From a virus (lineage: Duplodnaviria > Caudoviricetes): a stretch of DNA of 54,585 nucleotides. The stretch's first letter is position 1; every line of letters starts with the position of its first letter. A program made the translations under genes and the position numbers. Below are positions 49,601 through 54,585 of the stretch, in pieces. Where the stretch lies: positions 1-54,585 of the IMG/VR virus record IMGVR_UViG_3300028384_000913. One strand, written 5' to 3'. A model generated the notes under the pieces. That model saw nothing but the letters and a program-made list of their open reading frames with translations, did not search any database and was not told the DNA's origin.

Positions 49601-50031
49601 TGAGCTGAAGTTTCTTGATCAACAATACCAGAAGCAGGTAGACCCGTTAAGTTACCTTTCTTGAGAGTAACAGGAGATGCAAACTGTTGAGGAGTGATAA
49701 TATTATCGCCAAATACATTTAGTGGGGCTTGAGTAGTTGTGCCTGTACGAGATAAGGTTTTGAATACGTCAGTATTTTCATCACCTGTACTAAAATCTAT
49801 TAGATCGTCAATAGAACTATCTTGAATCTCAATATCTTGTGGACCATTAGGATTAATACGGTACACAGGACCTTCGCCTAAAGCTGTAGTAAGAAATAAG
49901 ATATCAGTTGAAAATAAAGAATTAGGATCTTCAGTAGGTGTACCGCCAGCACCTCCTCCGCCCTTGCCGCCCTTAGCTCCGCCGATTACAGGAACTAGTG
50001 TATTTTGATGTTTAATATAATTTTTACCCAT
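43615..50031 (-). CDS. Tail tip / central fibre protein (lambda gpJ-like), 2138 aa
   Basis: N-terminal G.KGG..., GEGP, YP.TA, KVPSNY, WDGTF..WT.NP.W..YDLLTN..YGLG, PGD.I, FN3-like domains. Confidence 0.9.
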   Translation of the reverse strand: MGKNYIKHQNTLVPVIGGAKGGKGGGGAGGTPTEDPNSLFSTDILFLTTALGEGPVYRINPNGPQDIEIQDSSIDDLIDFSTGDENTDVFKTLSRTGTTTQAPLNVFGDNIITPQQFASPVTLKKGNLTGLPASGIVDQETSAQSWDALKFFFVINQLQKINGNGDVRSHSLSFKITVKKRVLTGNPLVDNIVEFERTLSGKTNTPFKFTVKLEIPIADRSDDGYRFSIEKTSDDSEKSSVSENLQAFGWFEIEEAPQAYPRTAHIGYALKSVNEHTGGIPNFTSMVKGLLVKVPSNYNQPTLASGEIDWRHVEIAEAERASKGYYLQSIQYVPKQASGTGASTDVLGYGLDITVSAGTSYNTGFSTTITQANSGYSGSQTGGNWNVIRENAGSGTAEWVAYVIDDGATLTGTSNGKSVDVKVNGVKVVDLGSAGGSWGPIVLNVGDKVEWRCFGGIGGGGTINRSQNWAWSKNSASTIIAYTSNTNGGATGSGSTQKATLTNNNSNSKDVVLVSPTTGVTTETPLANGDSRTLTADLSYTTATWTIKAYLVDAGITSVQVQTVTNPQIYVGTWDGTFVYSWTQNPVWIIYDLLTNTTYGLGIPDDYIDKYKFYQVAMYCDGCDAVTGKFHGVDGLADGSFRHKPLGDYTGTRQQLIGLPSGTAIKERRFTLNVTIADEGAAMDVINSLAGTFRAALVYSMGKLTLAIDMPDEFPVAVFNETNIREGSLSISGNKESEIISGVDVSYVEPTNHYKRETVRIDSAEANDGEERSTITNIQSLDLNGVTRRSQALRFAQYQIAASKYLRRNVQFTTSTDALSLAPGDVISVAQQMSGIAYGYSGKISSNSAVAAGNNTNVFIEHFTSPSLSNSFFTANTGALALRILSTVDDKIDLFLLSNTKFALSKTDSVSTGFDLGTLNPIAKFDKESRGFTAITSFNADDAPKKGDLWTLGEIENSQDYYTNKAGKLFKVTDISRSSENEDVTISAVEYISNVYTDSDTFIDYTPTAYTDILSPLSVPPSPLFEFRATPTRRVDGTVRVDGLIDMRTELLGYGQDIQTEYFISRPDGATLVTNTEPGSVFVTVSNASVLEDNATPATLEGKNGFQTNIGEIRLLCNAITTVDTAGGTLDGNVQLTVEGLNVAFDQNFFKHVLEVNDAGVFNNLKGTDFVSIPVTEKASVQGLLNFVGHATQITELSMNIADFDKSNNTIKFENKNTNGLTLVNVIPPAPFYVTINQLLDAKFYNNNSFYVGGSEFTYVTKGNLNSVSTSIPLEIKPRRSEFVRLFVDGVEKSSGQYTVNLNTGLAIDANIQYTTGLNETVYRAEVDHYTVPVIEEGDNVQAAFNNTFAVVNVSYDPASAAYNAALTANSIYRIELAETPKANLAGFTFVNISSDPVGTLHNVTGNTAVLDFNTTVFPGNFNLGNNRVYNLTVGGEFEKLFLTDDLVIPDLPIGTTTLKARNKNVMGRRSPFVTKSVTVDTIPIQKVTSLTIHESLYREQSGGAAVRATVSFDHITGQEITDYEISYRLDNIEDIGVNDGGADLTSFNTVKVPATGVEDDGKIRFTVNGINRGTTSGTNSITFRVTPLNKSIRGVSSNVSKDIIGKTAAPDNIFNFTGGQNTDQITLLWSYPRSTSGDLKDLDLKEVVIRRAPGSVSNTVTNFVASDPLVTVSAGTARKSIPIDTFGEFTYLARARDTSGNFSESVQGITLTTTRPDRSTVVSAFNEDSPGTDFTDITNTNQGESNFPSFADSVAGGLAVAGGNQTDNSNGTSTGFSAISGSATDLLVADDGVYITKIRDFGSTVTGSIFVDIEATQEVKTTYNDTHEDIISGVTEASPNDNVLVDVDFGGIGHVLGFNNSAVVDSRFDSNNQTLMSGGGVGNVYAIWNDGQFVNDTTNANSYALIAGVINATAIELGASYFANGELTGSNGFANLTTAGNTYHLVDLTQFSDTGSGDTYAGALGAISAQTLIRTTTADNSALYAATGTGGRAEGNVDTSQFIGAATNDGFRTYQAGSQTFRQFQLKFIVNNSKPNEFDFTIDKFRYSIEKDTVTFTQTVTYDGSPKTVSMLSSKFINRPVISYAVLTQEDAVANPAIVVTTAASNQSVSFKMVASDGSGEYNANSTATVMVTAVGV

Positions 50032-50783
50032 TAAAACTTATCCCCAACTTTTACGACATCATTTTTAGCATGTTCTTCAGATTCAATATACCCACTAATA
50101 AACTGCCCAGCTACTCTAACGAGTCCATAATGAAGTGCGATAGGAGTACCTGATTGTGTTGAGTTTGTCAATCCCCCGAACATGCCGTTCTCTCTCGTAG
50201 ATTGATCAGTCTCTTGCTGTGCTTTAGGTTTTTTGTTAAATAAAGATGAGATAAAACTCATAGCAATATTACCAAGCATGGACTTAGCAAATCCTGGCAT
50301 AGCAGAAAAGGCACTAAAGAGACCTCCACCACCAGCACTGTACCCAGCTGCCGCTGCAGAGGCTCCAGCGGCTCCACCGCCTGCTGCTGCAGCATAACCC
50401 CCAGCAGCACCAGCACCACTACCTGCTGCAGCTAGTCCTAGACCACCAGTTGCTACTGCTAGTCCTGCCACAGCCATAATTGCAAATAATCCGCCTCGTT
50501 TGCCGCCCCCACCCGCAATCATTGGAACGATATGGATAGTAGTATCCTCTTTTACTTGCCTAATGAAAAGATCTTCATTTGCTACGATATTATAATCACT
50601 ATCTAAGATACCAAAAGTTTCTTCAGCCTGCCCACAATCTACCAAATTTACATAATGGTTAAACTTTGGATGCATAGACTTTAAATAGTGCATAATATCT
50701 GAATAGGTAATCAGGTCAGCTTTATACTCTGATTCAGAAAATAAGTGTGAATAAGCTGAATGAATTTTAATTGTCGCTAACAA
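50031..50783 (-). CDS. Tail assembly protein (lambda gpI-like)
   Basis: IHIVP.IAGGGG, Gly/Ala-rich hydrophobic segment, F....N....G.P..L.YG...V.G..IS. TTG 50783 with GAGGA RBS. Confidence 0.85.
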   Translation of the reverse strand: MLATIKIHSAYSHLFSESEYKADLITYSDIMHYLKSMHPKFNHYVNLVDCGQAEETFGILDSDYNIVANEDLFIRQVKEDTTIHIVPMIAGGGGKRGGLFAIMAVAGLAVATGGLGLAAAGSGAGAAGGYAAAAGGGAAGASAAAAGYSAGGGGLFSAFSAMPGFAKSMLGNIAMSFISSLFNKKPKAQQETDQSTRENGMFGGLTNSTQSGTPIALHYGLVRVAGQFISGYIESEEHAKNDVVKVGDKF

Positions 50784-51144
50784 GATGTCTATCCTCAAAC
50801 TTATCAAAGATAAGTGCGTCTCTATTTTGGTCTAACCAGTATATGAAAAATTTATTATTAAATCCTACCAAAAATTTATATTCTTGGAAAGCGGCACTTA
50901 CTTTATCTTCCTTACTTGGTATGGGGTTTTCGTCTCCTGGATGAGAATGAAAAATGCCCCATATATTTCCATCATTTTTTACTAAATCTGCTGGGTCTAG
51001 TAAAAAAGATAACTTAGGAGTAGTAGATATATTCTTACAAGGAATATATTTAAAATCTTTAGTGATTATGCCTACAGCTTCGCGAGGATAGTCTTGCATA
51101 GCATGACTATTCATATCTGCTTTTAATTCATCATATCTTTCCAT
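50767..51144 (-). CDS. JAB/MPN metalloprotease (gpK N-terminal-like)
   Basis: P.EA.G, HSHP......S..D intact. ATG 51144 preferred. Confidence 0.88.
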   Translation of the reverse strand: MERYDELKADMNSHAMQDYPREAVGIITKDFKYIPCKNISTTPKLSFLLDPADLVKNDGNIWGIFHSHPGDENPIPSKEDKVSAAFQEYKFLVGFNNKFFIYWLDQNRDALIFDKFEDRHLVSDN

Positions 51145-51554
51145 CTGTATACCCCTAAAGTATATTGCTTGTAGTACCTTCCATAAGGCGCAATCCAACT
51201 AGTATGTTCAATCATGGTTTGTAGTATTTTGTTATTACCGACGTACAAAGCACAGTGATTGGCTACGTTAGTTGCTCCAAGACTCATAACAATAATATCA
51301 TACATTTTCGGCTGAGTAACTTTAACCCATCCATTACTCTTATCATTGAACCCATCTATGAAAAATTGGGAATTTGTTTTAGAGTACCAGTCTTCATCTA
51401 CTATATTACAGAAATCTGATGTATTATAAGGTAAATGAATATCTAATTCTTTTTTATACACAAAACAGCATAAATTAAAACAGTCAATGCCTGTTTCTGG
51501 ATTGTTACCTAAATGTAAATATGGAAAACCAGTATAAGAATTATACCATGTCAT
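51123..51554 (-). CDS. NlpC/P60 domain tail protein, copy 2
   Basis: Y.G.PY...G.....G.DC..L, NHCALY.G. Confidence 0.85.
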   Translation of the reverse strand: MTWYNSYTGFPYLHLGNNPETGIDCFNLCCFVYKKELDIHLPYNTSDFCNIVDEDWYSKTNSQFFIDGFNDKSNGWVKVTQPKMYDIIVMSLGATNVANHCALYVGNNKILQTMIEHTSWIAPYGRYYKQYTLGVYRWKDMMN

Positions 51555-51930
51555 TGTGTCTATAGATGGTGTATAGTTTATCTAACCAATAGTTTGATAA
51601 AGTTACTATACACGACGATCCCCCTTCTTCAACGTGTAGCATTTTTGTAGGTTGTAAAAACATACCGAAATGTGTTATTAAATCTGACTTCTCTGACTTA
51701 AATACCATTACATCATAATTTATTGCAGATGTCAATTCTACTTTTATAGCACACGAAGATGCCCAATCATCAACGTTAGTTGTAGAAAATTGTTTCATCC
51801 ATGCTCTAGATTTAGGATAAGGGGGTATAGTAAAATCAATATTAAGCTCTTCAGAATAAAACTTTCTGATTAATTCAATACAATCAACCTCACCATAATT
51901 ATGTTTGAGACCTAAATATTTATGTACCAC
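51541..51930 (-). CDS. NlpC/P60 domain tail protein, copy 1
   Basis: YLG....G..DC..L.R.FY, HFGM......MLH. Confidence 0.85.
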   Translation of the reverse strand: MVHKYLGLKHNYGEVDCIELIRKFYSEELNIDFTIPPYPKSRAWMKQFSTTNVDDWASSCAIKVELTSAINYDVMVFKSEKSDLITHFGMFLQPTKMLHVEEGGSSCIVTLSNYWLDKLYTIYRHNDMV

Positions 51931-53183
51931 GATGCATACTCGGGGAAAACTGATTCAAAAGATTCATTTCTAGTTAAATCGTACTTAGTATTAAAAGATT
52001 TAAACTCAGGTAACAGATTAGAGTCATCTTTTGAATTCATATATGTAATCCAACTCTTAATCATATTTATCTCGTCGTTAGTAAACTTATTGTAGTGCTC
52101 AAGTAAAAATTCTTTGTATTGATGATTAATCTTTCTTTTTGCCTCTTTAGGTAGGCAAGTAATTGACATATGATTAGGCATTATTAAAGTAGTTCCGTGA
52201 AGTTGTACACCTCGTTCTTTTGACCAAAGTAATAAATCAGGCATAGAAGAGATACTATAAATACTAATTACTGAACTTATTGTTTGAATATACTCTTTAA
52301 AATGGTTAACATTATTTTGAAAAGTATTCCATGAAAGTCCTTTTCTAGAATATTCAGCTTTGTCACCAAAACCTTCACAACTTGGCCACACTTTGACATG
52401 TTTAAAATTTTGCCATAGTTGTTTAATGTCGTGTTTTTTAAACTTAGTATAACTCAGATTAGAGTTATAGCTTAGGCTAATGCGAGAAGATATACCTTTC
52501 TCAATCAAATAGTTTAACAATTTATAATGACCGTCTTGAACAAAAGGCTCTCCACCAGCAAAGTATATATCTCGTAAATGAGTCGATATATAATCAATAT
52601 TGTTCCAAAAAACTTCATTATCAGTATACTTATCTATAGCACCTTTCAAAGAAGTTGGCATTTCTCTATACCAACTAGTCGAAGATTCAGGGCCACACAT
52701 TCTACATCGGAAATTACAAGTATTTCCGAAACGTACATCTAAATATACAGGGAATGAATTTAGAGAACCATCTTCTTCAGTCATAGATTGAAGAACTGCA
52801 AGATCCTTGTAGTTTTCATTCATGATTTGACGATGACTTTTACTTCCGAGCTTTTCTTTATTGAAACACGCCCATTCACACTCTGGAACACTTTTTCCTT
52901 CTAAAAAAGATTTTCTGATTTTTCTATAGGCTTCACCATTCCATACATCTGAAAAAGTGTCTTTATGTGTACCGAGCACACTTACTTCAGGCGCATATTC
53001 AGCAAAACAGCAGACCTTATACTCTCCTGAAATTGTACCGAATAAGTGCATCCAAGGAAGTATGCAACCTTTTATATTATTGTTTTGGAATTGTTCTACC
53101 TGTTGCAGGAAAGCCTCCAAAATGAATTGAGTTATTTCTAATCTGACAAGCTTGTAAAGACTTACTACAGATATCACCTGCAT
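51912..53183 (-). CDS. Radical SAM protein with N-terminal twitch domain (start uncertain)
   Basis: C.LPW.H....G....CC...WN......R...C..C...E; CNFRCRMC....S..W; GGEP; NSN. Confidence 0.9.
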   Translation of the reverse strand: MQVISVVSLYKLVRLEITQFILEAFLQQVEQFQNNNIKGCILPWMHLFGTISGEYKVCCFAEYAPEVSVLGTHKDTFSDVWNGEAYRKIRKSFLEGKSVPECEWACFNKEKLGSKSHRQIMNENYKDLAVLQSMTEEDGSLNSFPVYLDVRFGNTCNFRCRMCGPESSTSWYREMPTSLKGAIDKYTDNEVFWNNIDYISTHLRDIYFAGGEPFVQDGHYKLLNYLIEKGISSRISLSYNSNLSYTKFKKHDIKQLWQNFKHVKVWPSCEGFGDKAEYSRKGLSWNTFQNNVNHFKEYIQTISSVISIYSISSMPDLLLWSKERGVQLHGTTLIMPNHMSITCLPKEAKRKINHQYKEFLLEHYNKFTNDEINMIKSWITYMNSKDDSNLLPEFKSFNTKYDLTRNESFESVFPEYASWYINI

Positions 53184-54585
53184 TTGTAGCTGCTACTTGA
53201 TTATTGGCGGCAATAGGATTTGCATTGGAAGTAAGCGTAGTTCCAGGAATTGCAAGACCGCCAGGGCCAGGGTACTGACACTCAGGACCTTTATATCTCC
53301 ACTGACAGGTGTTTTTATAAAACTTTCTTGAAGGAACTTGGTTTCTAAAATACTGTAGCCAAGAAATTAGCCCGAATTGTGCTACCTCATTATTTAAAGA
53401 CTCTAGGTGGTCAATTTTGAACGTATCTTCAACATAAGATTCTGGGTCTGCTTGTTGGTTTACAATAAATATAGGATCACCAACAGCTGTATTAGCGTCT
53501 AGAGCATTTGATAAGAATAAAAATCTATTCTCCTCAATAGATTCGATTGTGCCTTCAGTTGATCCAGTAGATTTAACATTGTCACCAACACGATAAGGCA
53601 TTGCATTATATACCTCAACTACATTAGCAGTAACAAAACGTGCAGAGCTATATTCAGGCCATACATCAAGAAAATTAGCAAAAGTTGTTTTTATATTGAC
53701 AACTCCGCCTAATAAATCTCTAGTGTCGGCTTTTTCTTCAACCCATTCTCCGCCTACGCTTAAAGTTTCAGATCTAGAAAAAGATGCGTTTGCTTTACCA
53801 TATGCACTCACCATATCTGAATCATACGACAAACCATTTGCTCTGGCTCTTGTTAGTACATCAAAACCTTCATCCCCTGCTGAACCAAAGTCACTAGGAG
53901 TTGCATCAATGGTTCTTGGATCGATTCCATGCACTAATTCACCGTTTACAATTGCTTGGCAAGCGTTAGAAGAATTATTACCAACTAAGAAAGGATCTTC
54001 AATTAATCTTGATACGATATTATCTAAATTAAACATTGTAAGTGTGAGTTCATTGATTCTGCCATCAGAGCTTTGATCAATAGAAGAAATATTTAAAGGG
54101 AATGGGATATAAGAGTCGCCTTGGTGAGTAACATTGTAATTTAAATCAGAAATTAAATCCCCTCTTACATCAGCAAATCTAATAGGAAACTCGTTAGGCC
54201 AAGCTCTACCTTCGCCTAAATTAGTGGGATTACCTGCTTCATTAACAGGAAACCACTCGCCCGGGTAGTAAACTTCATACAATCTTACAACAGGGTTTTG
54301 AGTAAAAGCGTTCTTTTCAGCTATAAAACCACTTGGACCAATTGATTGAATAGTAGCAATAGCTGTAACAGTATTGCCTCCAAAAGCGTTTGCCTGAAAA
54401 GGGATGGCACTGGAATTATTTAGCGCACCATTAGCAGTATTGTTTGTAAAAATAGAGTTAGAATGAATTACCTCAAGATTAGAAAACTCAGATAGAGAGT
54501 TAGCTAATTTTACTTTAAGAACGTTAGAGGATAGATCAACATTAGCAATCACGCCTGTTGCCGCAGAGGTGTTGCCTACTATGAC
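53077..54585 (-). CDS. Minor tail protein, lambda gpL-like (5' partial)
   Basis: C-terminal CQW.YKG.EC.Y...D.CSK.L..C..R......FGGFP four-Cys motif; frame is open to the window end. Confidence 0.85.
   Translation of the reverse strand, partial: VIVGNTSAATGVIANVDLSSNVLKVKLANSLSEFSNLEVIHSNSIFTNNTANGALNNSSAIPFQANAFGGNTVTAIATIQSIGPSGFIAEKNAFTQNPVVRLYEVYYPGEWFPVNEAGNPTNLGEGRAWPNEFPIRFADVRGDLISDLNYNVTHQGDSYIPFPLNISSIDQSSDGRINELTLTMFNLDNIVSRLIEDPFLVGNNSSNACQAIVNGELVHGIDPRTIDATPSDFGSAGDEGFDVLTRARANGLSYDSDMVSAYGKANASFSRSETLSVGGEWVEEKADTRDLLGGVVNIKTTFANFLDVWPEYSSARFVTANVVEVYNAMPYRVGDNVKSTGSTEGTIESIEENRFLFLSNALDANTAVGDPIFIVNQQADPESYVEDTFKIDHLESLNNEVAQFGLISWLQYFRNQVPSRKFYKNTCQWRYKGPECQYPGPGGLAIPGTTLTSNANPIAANNQVAATNAGDICSKSLQACQIRNNSIHFGGFPATGRTIPKQ

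Noticed and set aside
40424-50031. Diversity-generating retroelement or invertible fibre cassette
   Set aside because: No reverse transcriptase, recombinase, template/variable repeat pair or flanking inverted repeats seen.
50290-50490. GC-rich GCT/GGT repeat-like stretch
   Set aside because: Explained by the Gly/Ala-rich segment typical of gpI-like proteins.
460-54076. Antisense and off-frame ORFs of 60-150 aa in the track (e.g. 15422..15811, 25894..26331, 42485..42937, 53696..54076)
   Set aside because: They are nested in well-supported genes, have no recognisable motifs, and are typical shadow ORFs.
1-54585. Stop-codon recoding or selenocysteine readthrough
   Set aside because: Standard-code ORFs tile the window almost fully, and TAA, TAG and TGA all end conserved genes at expected positions.

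Overview
This window is an internal 54.6 kb segment of an AT-rich lytic dsDNA phage genome, most likely a marine T5-like (Demerecviridae-related) siphovirus. Both window ends fall inside genes. The + strand (1-37383) carries a T5-type replication module in nearly canonical order: D3/D2/D5-like regulators, NAD-dependent ligase, DnaB helicase, primase, PolA, D10 helicase, D11 SSB, D12/D13 (SbcD/SbcC), NrdAB, MazG-like NTPase, glutaredoxin, PhoH, D14, D15, a dUTPase-fold gene and ThyX. The - strand (37376-54585) is a late operon with a lambda-like tail tip (gpL, two NlpC/P60, JAB, gpI, gpJ), fibres and a cluster of small, mostly basic proteins. About 20 accessory genes are interleaved between the core genes: a TctA/TctC transporter, tandem amidinotransferases, a SpeD-like decarboxylase, three radical SAM enzymes, a PP-loop ATPase, a PLP enzyme, a cupin oxygenase, glycosyltransferases and a nicotianamine-synthase-like enzyme. 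The top leads are a possible dispersed guanidino/polyamine or macromolecule-modification pathway, a motif-dead dUTPase at the T5 dut position, a 160-nt non-coding cluster of C-GNA-G triloop hairpins (candidate origin), radical SAM genes inside the tail operon, and a ligase without its zinc finger. I saw no tRNA, CRISPR array, integrase or mobile element. All assignments come from motif recognition by eye, not database searches.
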